DNA from: an uncultured Candidatus Saccharibacteria bacterium
GTDB taxonomy: Bacteria; Patescibacteriota; Minisyncoccia; Phycocordibacterales; UBA9973
DNA length: 64,000 nucleotides
Direction of reading: 5' to 3'
NCBI GenBank assembly: GCA_964646765.1
Contig: CAZYIA010000001.1
Location: forward strand, 1,334 to 65,333
Both the position numbers and the translations under genes were made by a program. Positions 18,838 through 29,174 of the stretch are shown here, piece after piece (the first letter of the stretch is position 1; each line of letters begins with the position of its first letter). The notes below the pieces were generated by a model. The model searched no databases. It saw only the letters and a program-made list of their open reading frames with translations, and was not told the DNA's origin.

Positions 18838-18967
18838 ATGGAATGCCAGAACGCGAAAAACTTTAGCCTCCTTCTAAACCTCCTTACGCCACTCGAGGGT
18901 TGATTCCTGCGTTCGAAACGATCGAAATCAGAAATCAGCTCTCGAAAGAGGGCTGATTTTGTTTTTT
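18838..18967 (+). ncRNA. candidate small RNA (promoter-to-terminator unit, about 130 nt)
   Basis: Bounded by the promoter above and a 10-bp stem plus T-run terminator at 18934-18967. The only ORF inside is 12 codons. Confidence 0.3.
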
Positions 18968-19004
18968 GATAAAAAAATATTGTTGAACTCTTAAATTTAC
19001 CGCT

Positions 19005-19517
19005 ATGCAGCATTTATCATTTTTACCTATCGTAATCCTGAAAGGGATATATGCGAAAAAGCAATTTTCTTGTAGCACATCGTGCTACCAACTCTCACTG
19101 TCAGACAGCGAGCTAACCATTAGCGATACTAACACCGTACCGCACAGCCGATTCACTACTACTACTACTACTACTGCCGGTTCCCGCTACACTACTCGCC
19201 ATGTTCTCACCTCGCTACTCGCAGCAGAAGAAGATGAGGCTAAGTATCCTTCGCTAATTCAGAGTGAACTGGAAAAACTAAATGTGCAGCCAGGCTCACT
19301 ATACAGTTTGCTGGATGCTGTGCAGAAAAACACCCTGGACTTTTTGTGGCCAGATGCGAAATTACTACGCATTCTGGAACCTTTCATGGTAGATGAGAAA
19401 CTCCATTTCTTTATTGCTCAACAAGAGCATGCACGACCAGGTTTTACTCTGGTCTATGTTCCTGCAAGAGAATTTATGCAAATGGAGGCCTGTCCTTTTT
19501 TGTCACATCATCGGTAA
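19005..19517 (+). CDS. hypothetical protein, compositionally atypical (enterobacterial-like codon usage), Thr6 tract
   Basis: 170-aa ORF with a CTG/CCG/CAG-rich codon set unlike its neighbours. (ACT)6 at 19155-19172. Occupies the position where rimM is expected and has no RimM motifs. Confidence 0.45.
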   Translation: MQHLSFLPIVILKGIYAKKQFSCSTSCYQLSLSDSELTISDTNTVPHSRFTTTTTTTAGSRYTTRHVLTSLLAAEEDEAKYPSLIQSELEKLNVQPGSLYSLLDAVQKNTLDFLWPDAKLLRILEPFMVDEKLHFFIAQQEHARPGFTLVYVPAREFMQMEACPFLSHHR

Positions 19518-19604
19518 GATTTACAGTATTCGAAATTGGGAGGGGGTTGTCATTGGCAATCCCTTTTCTATTTGCACGGTTCTTTGAGAGAAGGTAGAGT
19601 ACAC

Positions 19605-20294
19605 CGTATGCGATTTCATGTCGTAACCCTGTTCCGAAACCTGGTTGAGCCGTATTTTTCTGACTCAATTTTAGGCCGGGCAATTAAAGAAAAAAAGATC
19701 TCCGTGAAGTTTTATAACCCGCGGGATTTTGTTCGTGGTAAGTACCGAAAAGTATGGCCAGACGGCAATATTTCCGCCCAGGTGGATGAGCGGCCGTACG
19801 GTGGCGGCCCAGGCATGATTATGATGGCTGACCCAGTGCTTCGAGCGGTAGCCAAGGCGCAGGGAAGCATCAAAAACAAAAAAGCTAAGACAAAAATTAT
19901 TTTCTTTTCGCCAGCGGGTAAAAAGTTTGATACAGCGTATGCAAAAATAGCGGCAAAAAAGTATACCGATATTATTTTAATCAGCGGTCGCTACGAAGGC
20001 ATTGACGCCCGTGTTTTAAAGATTTTGAAAGCTGAAGAAATTTCGGTTGGCGATTATGTGCTCACTGGAGGAGAACTTCCAGCGGCAATTTTAATTGACT
20101 GTATTTCCCGCCAAGTAGAAGGAGTGCTCGGCAACTTTGATTCTCGCGAGGAAGAGCGCGTATCTTCTTCAGAGGTTTATACTCGACCAGAAGTGCTCGA
20201 ATGGAAAGGGAAGAAGTACCGGGTTCCGAAAGTCCTTTTGACCGGAAACCACAAAAAAATAGAAGAGTGGAAGAGCAAAGGTAAAAAGATATAA
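19605..20294 (+). CDS. trmD: tRNA (guanine37-N1)-methyltransferase
   Basis: MRFHVVTLF..., ERPYGGGPGM, SGRYEGIDARV and GDYVLTGGELPA blocks. Start placed at M of MRFHVV rather than the ORF-track 19536. Confidence 0.9.
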   Translation, partial: RMRFHVVTLFRNLVEPYFSDSILGRAIKEKKISVKFYNPRDFVRGKYRKVWPDGNISAQVDERPYGGGPGMIMMADPVLRAVAKAQGSIKNKKAKTKIIFFSPAGKKFDTAYAKIAAKKYTDIILISGRYEGIDARVLKILKAEEISVGDYVLTGGELPAAILIDCISRQVEGVLGNFDSREEERVSSSEVYTRPEVLEWKGKKYRVPKVLLTGNHKKIEEWKSKGKKI

Positions 20295-20303
20295 TTTGTT
20301 TTT

Positions 20304-21614
20304 ATGGAAAGTCCTAGTTTTTTAGAGAGGAAAGAAGAAAAATCAACTGCAAAAGAACTCCTCAAAGGTTTTAAGGAGGGGATGAAAGATCTTACTAGCT
20401 GGAAACCTACTAGTCTGGATACTACTATTTTTCAGACCTACTTGAGGAGGTTCCTTATTGTCTCACTTGCTCTTTGGGCAGCTTCTATACCAGTTCAAAT
20501 TGGTAAACAGGGAGTAGACAGAATTAAGTACGAGCAAAGTAAAAAAAAGTTTCAAGACAAATACAAAGATTTGTCTGTTGAGTCGATATCACGGTTACAC
20601 CAAAGAGCAGTAGAAGCCTACGGGGAGCACTATGTAAATAGTATTCCAGGCGTGAGCTTAGTGAGTGGTGATGCCCAAGAAAAAGTTATTAAAAGGATGG
20701 AAGCTGATAAACCAGAAGTTTTTACTCTGGCAGGAAGTTTCAATATGGGCGACTGGGATAAAGAATTTACTCATTATGAAAAAGAATACGGGGATCTACT
20801 TGATGACGTAACGTTTAATAAAGAAGAATCATCGGAGTATATTATTCTAAAGCAGGATACTGTTTTAGATGTAAACCACAACGAATCTTATACTCATTGG
20901 GCTGAAAGAATGAAAGCATCCAAAGATACTGTTCCCGCAGAAGAATTTCTCTCTAAAATGGAAGTCTTTTTCCCGAAAGGTTGGATAAAAGGTGAAGTAC
21001 AATCTTTCACTTTTAAAGAGCAATATCCAAAACTTACTGCATATGGCGCAAAATCACAGACAGCTGGGGAAGTAGGAAATAATAAAGAACTATTCTTATA
21101 TGGAGTTCAGACAGAGGAATCACAAGGGGAGACTTTAGCTCATGAATTAGGTCATGAGAACGACTGGGAGCGGTCAACCAAACTAAGCCCAGAACAGAGA
21201 TTAGAACTTTTAATGAAAGTGCATGATCGTGTGACTTCAGAGAATAGGTTTCGCTCAGATTATGTAGAGTCCATTTTAAGTGGGGAATTGTATCCAGAGA
21301 TGAAAGATCCGAAAGTCATTCTTCAAACTGCCACTGTTGAGTATTGGGCTGAGATAACAGGTGAATACTTCTCAAACGGAGTTGGCAACTTAGCTTCTGA
21401 AGACGTTGAAGTTATTGAATGGATGATACAAAAAGTGGATCCAGAATTTTTAGCCACACACTCGGCAGGAGGTATTTTTGCTGCTTCGTATAGGGACCAC
21501 AACATACGACAAACAAAGCTCTTTGATGAAGCTTTTGAAGAAGAGAATTCTGACAGCCTAAATCAAAAAGATTATTTAAAAATTGCGTATTATCGGCGAT
21601 ATCTTAATTTATAG
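20304..21614 (+). CDS. membrane-anchored hypothetical protein with HExxH metallopeptidase-like motif
   Basis: 436 aa with one TM near residue 50. HELGHENDWER motif near residue 280. AGA/AGG-rich codon usage unlike host genes. Confidence 0.5.
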   Translation: MESPSFLERKEEKSTAKELLKGFKEGMKDLTSWKPTSLDTTIFQTYLRRFLIVSLALWAASIPVQIGKQGVDRIKYEQSKKKFQDKYKDLSVESISRLHQRAVEAYGEHYVNSIPGVSLVSGDAQEKVIKRMEADKPEVFTLAGSFNMGDWDKEFTHYEKEYGDLLDDVTFNKEESSEYIILKQDTVLDVNHNESYTHWAERMKASKDTVPAEEFLSKMEVFFPKGWIKGEVQSFTFKEQYPKLTAYGAKSQTAGEVGNNKELFLYGVQTEESQGETLAHELGHENDWERSTKLSPEQRLELLMKVHDRVTSENRFRSDYVESILSGELYPEMKDPKVILQTATVEYWAEITGEYFSNGVGNLASEDVEVIEWMIQKVDPEFLATHSAGGIFAASYRDHNIRQTKLFDEAFEEENSDSLNQKDYLKIAYYRRYLNL

Positions 21615-21628
21615 AGGGTACATTTTCT

Positions 21629-22018
21629 ATGATTAAACTTAATTGTTACTCAAAAGAGGAATTTCTAGGCGTTCTCGCGGTTAAGAATGGTTTTTTTACG
21701 ATAGAAAGTAAAAATAAGAGTTTTACTACTGCTCTACAGGAACTTTCAGAACAAGGGATTCCTGTTGCTAATATTGATAGCACAGTGAGTATTATATTTC
21801 CAAAAGATTCACGGTATATCTTTTTCTTAGAAAAGTTTCTTATAAAGTGTGGTTTTCGTATTATTCGTGTTGATACCGAACTCATCACAAAATTAAAACA
21901 GAAAGTAATGACCAATGATACGTCGGTTTCAGAAAGTTCATTTAACGAAATCTATGGGCAGCTTTCTGTCTATGAGGCGAGCCTATTACTGCGAACCCTA
22001 GATTCGCTACCTAACTAG
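21629..22018 (+). CDS. small hypothetical protein
   Basis: 129 aa with no recognisable motifs. Same atypical codon usage as the upstream gene. Confidence 0.4.
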   Translation: MIKLNCYSKEEFLGVLAVKNGFFTIESKNKSFTTALQELSEQGIPVANIDSTVSIIFPKDSRYIFFLEKFLIKCGFRIIRVDTELITKLKQKVMTNDTSVSESSFNEIYGQLSVYEASLLLRTLDSLPN

Positions 22019-22050
22019 CACTGCTTTCCCAGGATTTTAGGGAGATAAAC

Positions 22051-22078
22051 TTGACTTTCTTTCAAAAATAAGTAGTAT
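22051..22078 (+). promoter_or_regulatory. rpoB promoter TTGACT-N16-TAGTAT
   Basis: Hexamers at 22051-22056 and 22073-22078, about 165 nt upstream of the rpoB ATG. Confidence 0.55.
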
Positions 22079-22241
22079 AGCCCTTACCTAAGCCCTGATT
22101 GAGTTACGTCTTGCTTTGGTGTTATGAGCACTAAAAAAGTCGTCCTCTTGCTACTCAAAACAACCTGCCGCGCATAGCCCGGAGAAAAACTACCTAGGAA
22201 TTCGCGGTAGTTTGTTTTGCGTTTAGAGAGACAAAAAGAAT

Positions 22242-25200
22242 ATGTCGAAACTTGCAGCGACACGACCAAAAAAGTACTTTTCAAAGTACAAGGAACCTCT
22301 TGTTGAGTTTCCAAATCTCCTTGAGACCCAACTCATCTCGTTTGAGTGGTTGGTGGAGAAAGGCCTCGGTGAGGTCTTCAAAGAATTCTCACCAATTAAC
22401 GATTACTCGGGCAAAAAATTTCAGCTCGATTTCGTTTCGTTTACCTTGGGTGAACCAAAGTATGACGAGCACTACGCAAAAGCTAATAAGCTTACCTACG
22501 AAGGTCAGCTCAAAGCTCGCGTAAAGCTTTTTAATAAAACGATCAACGAAACCAAAGAGCAGGAAATCTTCATGGCGGATGTTCCGCTCATGACGGCACA
22601 CGGTACCTTCATCATCAACGGTGTTGAGCGTGTTATCGTTCCACAGCTTGCTCGTTCGTTCGGTATTTTCTTTACTGAAGACGAAGTAAAAGGCAAAAAG
22701 CACTTTGGTGCAAAAATTATTCCAGCTCGCGGTGTTTGGATCGAAATTGAAACTGATACCGACGGCACTCTTGTTGTTCGTATCGACAAGAAGCGCAAAT
22801 TCCCAGCCACGTCACTTCTCCGCGTGCTTGGCCTCGCTACTGATGCTGATATCTTAGCTGCCTTTAAAGACAGTGGATACGAAGCCCAGATCAAAGCTGG
22901 TCTCGAAAAAGATCCAGCAAAGACTCAGGGTGAAGCATACGTTGAAATTTATAAGCGTCTCCGTGATGGCGATCTTGCTACCGCTGATAACGCTAAGGAA
23001 TTTATCAACTCTCTTTTTGGAAGTGAGCGTTACGACCTTTCTCCAGTTGGTCGTTTCCGCTTCAACAAGCGCTTCGAAAAGAGTATGGACGAGAAAGAAC
23101 TTGCTCGTCGCACTATTTCCGCAGAAGATGTTGTGGTTGTTTTGAACAATGTTCTTACACTCAACGCTACCCCAGGGGCAAAGGCTGATGATATCGATCA
23201 CCTTGGTCAGCGCCGTGTTCGTTACGTTGGTGAAATGCTCCAGCAGAAAGTTCGTGTTGGTATGACACAGATTAAGCGTAATGTGCAAGACCGTATGTCG
23301 ACTATCGACACCGGAACAACGCTTCCAATCGCTATTGTTAACCAGCGTCCACTCCAGGCTCGTATTAAAGAATTCTTCACCACGAACCAGCTCTCACAGT
23401 TCATGAACCAGGAAAATATCTTGGCTGAGCTTGAACATCTCCGCACTCTTTCTGCGCTTGGTCCCGGAGGTCTCACTCGTGAGCGTGCAGGTCTTGAAGT
23501 TCGCGACGTGCACACTTCTCACTACGGTCGTGTATGTCCAATTCACACTCCTGAAGGTCCGAACATCGGTCTTATTCTTCACACTTCAACGTACGCTCGT
23601 GTAAACGACTTCGGTATCATCGAAACTCCATACATCAAAGTGAAAGACGGTAAAGTTACCGGCGAAGTGGTATACCTCAACGCTCTTGAAGAAGAGAAGT
23701 ATGTCATCGCTCACGCAGGTACAAAAGTAGACGATAAAGGTAAAATTGTTGAAGAAAAAGCTGAAGCTCGTATTCAAACTGAACCGGGTCTCGTTGATCG
23801 CGATAAGGTAGACTTTATCGACGTTGCAACCAACCAGGCATTCTCAATCGCTACTTCAACTATTCCATTCCTTGAGCACGACGACGCAAACCGCGCACTC
23901 ATGGGAAGTAACATGCAGAAGCAAGCAACTCCATGTATCGTTCCAGATGTACCACTTGTGGCAACCGGTATGGAAGAGCATATTGCTCGCGAAAGTGGCC
24001 GCGTAGCAGTTTCTCGAAGCGAAGGAGAAGTTGTTGCCGTAGATGCTCGTGAAATTACGGTAGAAGACAAAGCAGGTAAGAAGCACGTCTACAAACTCAT
24101 TAACTTCGAACGAACAAACAACTTCACCGTATTCCATCAGCGTCCAATCGTTTCAGTAGGTGATAAAGTGAAGAAAGGCCAGGTACTTGCTGACACCTCT
24201 TCATCATCACAAGGTCAGGTTGCTCTCGGACAAAACGTTCGCGTAGCCTTCATGGCATGGAACGGTGCAAACTTCGAAGACGCGATTATTCTTTCAGAAC
24301 GTCTCGTAAAGAACTCAAAATTTACTTCTATCTACGTTGAAGAATTCGTTTGTCTCGTTCGCGATACTAAGCTTGGACCTGAAGTAACCACTCGCGATAT
24401 TCCAAACGTTGGTGAACAGAAACTCAAAGATCTCGACGAAGAAGGAATTATCCGCATCGGTGCTGAAGTTCGCGAAAACGATATTCTCGTTGGTAAAATT
24501 ACTCCAAAGGGTGAAACCGAACTTACTCCTGAAGAACGTCTCCTCCGATCAATCTTTGCTGAAAAGGCTCGCGACGTGAAGGATACTTCACTTCGTATGG
24601 AACACGGTAAGCGTGGCCGCATTATCGGTGTGAAAATTTTCTCACGCGAAGCAGGTCATCAGCTTGAATCTGGCATCATCAAAAAAGTAGTTATTGAACT
24701 CGCTCAAGTACGTAACATTTCAGTAGGTGACAAGCTTGCTGGACGACACGGTAACAAGGGTGTTATCTCAACCATTCTTCCTGAAGAAGATATGCCATAT
24801 ACCGCAGACGGTCAGCCAGTAGACATGATTTTGACTCCGCTCGGTGTGCCATCACGTATGAACCTCGGACAAATTCTTGAAATGCACCTTGGTTTGGCTG
24901 CTGACACGCTTGGTTACCAGGCAATCATCCCACCATTCTGTGGCGCAACCGAAGGTGAAATCCGCGGTGAACTCAAAGCTGCTGGATGGCCTGAACACGG
25001 ACGCATCAAACTCTACGATGGTCGCACTGGTGACGCATTCGAACAAGATATCGCCGTTGGTGTGATGCACGTTTTGAAACTGCACCACATGGTGGAAGAC
25101 AAGATTCATATGCGTTCAATTGGACCGTACTCACTCATTACGCAGCAGCCACTCGGTGGTAAAGCACAAGGTGGTGGTCAGCGTTTCGGTGAAATGGAAG

Positions 25201-25448
25201 TGTGGGCGCTCGAAGGTTACGGTGCAGCGTATGCTCTCCGTGAAATGCTTACGATCAAGTCTGACGACATCATGGGCCGCTCACAAACGTTCGACTCAAT
25301 CATCAAGGGTGAAGATATTAAAACGCCAAACGCTCCAGCATCATTTTCTGTTATGTTGAACTACCTCCGTGGTTTGGCTCTCGACGTTGATCTCAAAAAG
25401 AAGGTCGGAAAGAATACTAGCGACGACTCCGCCGAAGGAGACGAATAA
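22242..25448 (+). CDS. rpoB: DNA-directed RNA polymerase subunit beta (short form)
   Basis: 1068 aa. Universal RpoB blocks such as [28 protein letters not shown] and NMQKQATP. Confidence 0.95.
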   Translation: [1068 protein letters not shown]

Positions 25449-25466
25449 TATCTAACGAGTTAATCT

Positions 25467-28400
25467 ATGGGAAAAGTTATAGATACAACTGACTTTGACT
25501 TCATTACACTCTCACTCGCGAGTCCTGAACGCATTCGCGAATGGAGCTACGGCGAAGTAACGAAGCCTGAAACAATCAACTACCGTACCGGCCGATCTGA
25601 ACGCGGTGGTCTCTTCGACGAGCGCATTTTCGGTCCAGAAAAGGACTACGAATGTTACTGTGGTAAATACCGACGTATTCGTTACAAGGATATTGTGTGT
25701 GAAAAATGTGGCGTGGAAGTAACTCGCTCTATCGTTCGCCGTGAACGCATGGGCCATATTGAACTTGCTTCACCAGTTGCACACATTTGGTTCCTCCGTG
25801 GTGTACCTAGCCGCATGAGTATTCTCATGAACATCACTGTTTCAGATCTTGAAAAGGTGATCTACTTTGCTGGTTACATCATCACCAAAGTACATGAGGA
25901 CGAAAAAGCTACGGTTATTAAAGACCTCGAAAGTGAATTTAAGGCAAAGGTAAAGAGTGCACAGGACGACGAGACTAAGGAAAAATTGAAGACGCTTCTC
26001 CAGAGTACTAAACGCGAAATCAACGAAATCTATGAAGGTCGTGTATTGAACGAAATCCAGTATCACCACTTCTCACTTAAGTACGGTACTTGTTTTGAGG
26101 CTTCAATCGGTGCTGAAGCAATCTTTAATCTCTTCAAGAATCTTGATCTCAAGCGTCTTAAAGATATTACCGAAGCTTCAATCGAAAAGGCTGGTAACCT
26201 TGAGCGTGAAAAACTTGAAAAGCGTCTCTCAGTTATTCGCTCAATGATGCACGCTTCTATTCGTCCTGAATGGATGTTCCTCACTGTCATTCCAGTTATC
26301 CCACCAGCACTCCGTCCGATGGTGGCTCTTGATGGTGGTCGCCATGCAACTTCAGATTTGAACGACCTCTACCGTCGCGTGATCAACCGAAACAACCGTT
26401 TGAAGAAGCTCAAGGAAATTGGCGCGCCAGACGTTATTCTCCGTAACGAAAAGCGTATTCTCCAAGAAGCAGTTGATGCTCTCATCGACAACTCAATTGC
26501 AAGTCAGAATGATTCTCAGGCAATGAGTCAGTCACAGCGTCGCGCACTCAAATCTCTTTCAGATAACTTGAAAAGTAAGCAGGGTCTCTTCCGTCAAAAC
26601 CTCCTCGGTAAGCGTGTAGACTACTCAGGCCGTTCAGTTATCGTGGTTGGTCCTACGCTTAAACTCTCACAGTGTGGTCTTCCAAAACACATGGCGCTCG
26701 AACTTTTCCGTCCGTTCGTCATTTCAAAACTCATTGAACGTGAATTCGCTTTCAACATTCGCGGTGCAAACCGTTTGATTGAAGAAGGTGTTCCAGAAGT
26801 GTGGGCAATTCTTGAAGAAGTGACAAAAGGGAAGTACGTGCTCTTAAACCGTGCACCAACCCTTCACCGTCTCGGTATTCAGGCATTCACACCAGTCTTG
26901 ATTGAAGGAAATGCTATTCAGGTGCACCCACTCGTTTGTTCTGCGTTCAACGCTGACTTCGACGGTGACCAAATGGCTGTCTACGTTCCGCTTTCTGATG
27001 AAGCACAGGCTGAAGCTCGTGAGCTCATGGCTTCAAACAAAAACCTTCTTAAGCCACAATCTGGTGAACCAATCGTAAACCCATCACAGGATATTATTCT
27101 TGGTTGTTTCTGGATGACTAAAGAAGTGAAGGGTGACAAGGGTGAAGGCATGCTCTTCTCTTCACCGAATGAAGCGATTACTGCCTACGACTTCGGTATG
27201 GTTTCATTCCGCGCTAAGATTAAAGTTCTTCCAACTGAGAAGCCAAAGTACGCTCCGTTTAATGGTTTGCCATTTGAAACAACGATCGGACGACTTCTCT
27301 TTAACTCGGTGCTTCCAGAAGACTTCCCATACTTGAACGAAGAAATCACCAAGAAGCGTATGTCGAACTTGGTAGATGATTTGATTCTCCGCCACGGTAT
27401 TGATGGTACTCCTGATATTCTCGACAAGATCAAGAACTTCGGTTATCGCTACGCAACTCGTTCAGGAACAACCTTCGGTATGGACTCTGTTCGTATTCCG
27501 GAAGGCAAGCCTGCACTCATTGCCGCTGCTCGAAAAGAAGAAGAAGAAATCATCAGTCAGTATAACGACGGTCTTCTTTCGAAAGAAGAAAAGTACGAAA
27601 AGGTTATTGAAATCTGGGAGCGCGCAAAGAAGGACGTTGAAAAACTCATTCCAGAAACACTTGCGAAAGCTGGTTCAGTGAACGATATGGTTACCTCTGG
27701 TGCCCGTGGTTCAGTTGGTCAGGTTACACAGATGGCCGGTATGAAGGGTCTCATCATTAACACTCAGGGCCGCACAATTGAATTCCCAGTTATCCCGTCA
27801 TATAAGGAAGGTCTTTCTCCGATTGAATACTTCATTATTACCCACGGTTCACGTAAAGGTCTTGCCGACACAGCGCTTAACACCGCAAAGGCAGGTTACC
27901 TCACTCGTCGTCTTGTTGACGTTGCTCAAGACGTTGTTGTTACCGAAGAAGATTGTGGAACTAAGGAAGGAAAGTGGGCAACTGCTGATAACGTGCTCGG
28001 TATTGAAATTTCTCTCACCAAAAACCTCCGTGGTCGTGTGCTTGCTGCTGACTTGAAAGACGCAAAGGGCGAAACTATGTTCAAGCGTGGCACACTTCTC
28101 TCAAAGGACGATGCTTCAAAAGTTGAAAAAGCTGGTATCGAAAAGGCATACATTCGCACACCACTTACCTGTAAGTTACATCACGGTATCTGCCGACAGT
28201 GTTATGGTCTTGACCTCGGTCGCAACAAGCTCGTTGAGCTTGGTGAAGCAGTTGGTATCGTTGCCGCTCAAGCTATCGGTGAACCAGGAACCCAGCTTAC
28301 ACTCCGAACCTTCCACGCCGGTGGTGTGGCACAGGTGGACATTACTCAAGGTTTGCCACGTGTTGAAGAAATCTTCGAACGTCGTACGCCAAAGAGTCCA

Positions 28401-29132
28401 GCTGTCGTTTCTCACGCAGATGGCGAAGTAATCGAAATCAAAGGTGAAGGCCGCGACAAAGTTCTTGTTGTGCTCAATGACACGAAGGGAGACAAGAAAT
28501 CAAACACCGTTGAATATCCAATTCCATTCCGCCGAAATCCGCTCGTAAAATCTGGCGACCGCGTTCTTTCTGGTCAGATCCTTACTGACGGTTCAGCTGA
28601 TATCAACGAAGTATTTAAGTACGGTGGCCGAGAAGCTGCAGAAGAATACATCGTTCGAGAAATCAACAAAGTGTACGAACTCCAGAGTGCATCAATTTCT
28701 CGTAAGCACATTGAAATCATCATTCGCCAAATGTTCTCACGCCGACGCATTAAGGATGCCGGTGATACCGACTTCTCACCAGGTGAGGTTGTTGAAAATG
28801 TTGAATTGATGGACGAAAACAAGCGCGTTTCTCTTTCAAACACTGAAGAAGCAAAAGCTGATGAAATCGTACTTGGTATTTCTGAAACTGCTCTTACTAC
28901 AAAGAGCTGGCTCTCCGCGGCATCGTTCCAAAATACAAACCGCGTGCTCATTTCAAACGCGATTCGTGGTGGTATTGATCGTCTCCGTGGTCTTAAGGAA
29001 AACGTTATCATTGGCCGCTTGATTCCGGCTGGTACTGGTTTTCCAAATTCACCGACAGCCGCTCGTGTGCAGGTAGAAAAGAAACCCGTCATCACTCCTA
29101 CAGAAGAAGTTACTGAAAAAGTCGAAGCGTAA
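25467..29132 (+). CDS. rpoC: DNA-directed RNA polymerase subunit beta'
   Basis: 1221 aa. Zn-binding CxxC...CxKC, and [16 protein letters not shown] catalytic motif. Confidence 0.95.
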   Translation: MGKVIDTTDFDFITLSLASPERIREWSYGEVTKPETINYRTGRSERGGLFDERIFGPEKDYECYCGKYRRIRYKDIVCEKCGVEVTRSIVRRERMGHIELASPVAHIWFLRGVPSRMSILMNITVSDLEKVIYFAGYIITKVHEDEKATVIKDLESEFKAKVKSAQDDETKEKLKTLLQSTKREINEIYEGRVLNEIQYHHFSLKYGTCFEASIGAEAIFNLFKNLDLKRLKDITEASIEKAGNLEREKLEKRLSVIRSMMHASIRPEWMFLTVIPVIPPALRPMVALDGGRHATSDLNDLYRRVINRNNRLKKLKEIGAPDVILRNEKRILQEAVDALIDNSIASQNDSQAMSQSQRRALKSLSDNLKSKQGLFRQNLLGKRVDYSGRSVIVVGPTLKLSQCGLPKHMALELFRPFVISKLIEREFAFNIRGANRLIEEGVPEVWAILEEVTKGKYVLLNRAPTLHRLGIQAFTPVLIEGNAIQVHPLVCSAFNADFDGDQMAVYVPLSDEAQAEARELMASNKNLLKPQSGEPIVNPSQDIILGCFWMTKEVKGDKGEGMLFSSPNEAITAYDFGMVSFRAKIKVLPTEKPKYAPFNGLPFETTIGRLLFNSVLPEDFPYLNEEITKKRMSNLVDDLILRHGIDGTPDILDKIKNFGYRYATRSGTTFGMDSVRIPEGKPALIAAARKEEEEIISQYNDGLLSKEEKYEKVIEIWERAKKDVEKLIPETLAKAGSVNDMVTSGARGSVGQVTQMAGMKGLIINTQGRTIEFPVIPSYKEGLSPIEYFIITHGSRKGLADTALNTAKAGYLTRRLVDVAQDVVVTEEDCGTKEGKWATADNVLGIEISLTKNLRGRVLAADLKDAKGETMFKRGTLLSKDDASKVEKAGIEKAYIRTPLTCKLHHGICRQCYGLDLGRNKLVELGEAVGIVAAQAIGEPGTQLTLRTFHAGGVAQVDITQGLPRVEEIFERRTPKSPAVVSHADGEVIEIKGEGRDKVLVVLNDTKGDKKSNTVEYPIPFRRNPLVKSGDRVLSGQILTDGSADINEVFKYGGREAAEEYIVREINKVYELQSASISRKHIEIIIRQMFSRRRIKDAGDTDFSPGEVVENVELMDENKRVSLSNTEEAKADEIVLGISETALTTKSWLSAASFQNTNRVLISNAIRGGIDRLRGLKENVIIGRLIPAGTGFPNSPTAARVQVEKKPVITPTEEVTEKVEA

Positions 29133-29174
29133 GTTAGTTGCGAGCGATTCTAAAGAATCGCTCGCCAAGGCTTC

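Noticed and set aside
19474-19683. 69-aa minus-strand ORF overlapping the trmD start
   Set aside because: It is antisense to the trmD ribosome-binding region and N-terminus. No motif supports it.
22389-29095. Many antisense or out-of-frame ORFs of 60-170 aa inside rpoB and rpoC (for example 22854-23288 -, 23774-24070 -, 28574-29095 -)
   Set aside because: They are fully contained within highly conserved RNAP coding sequence on the opposite strand or frame. This is the typical spurious open-frame pattern over long genes.
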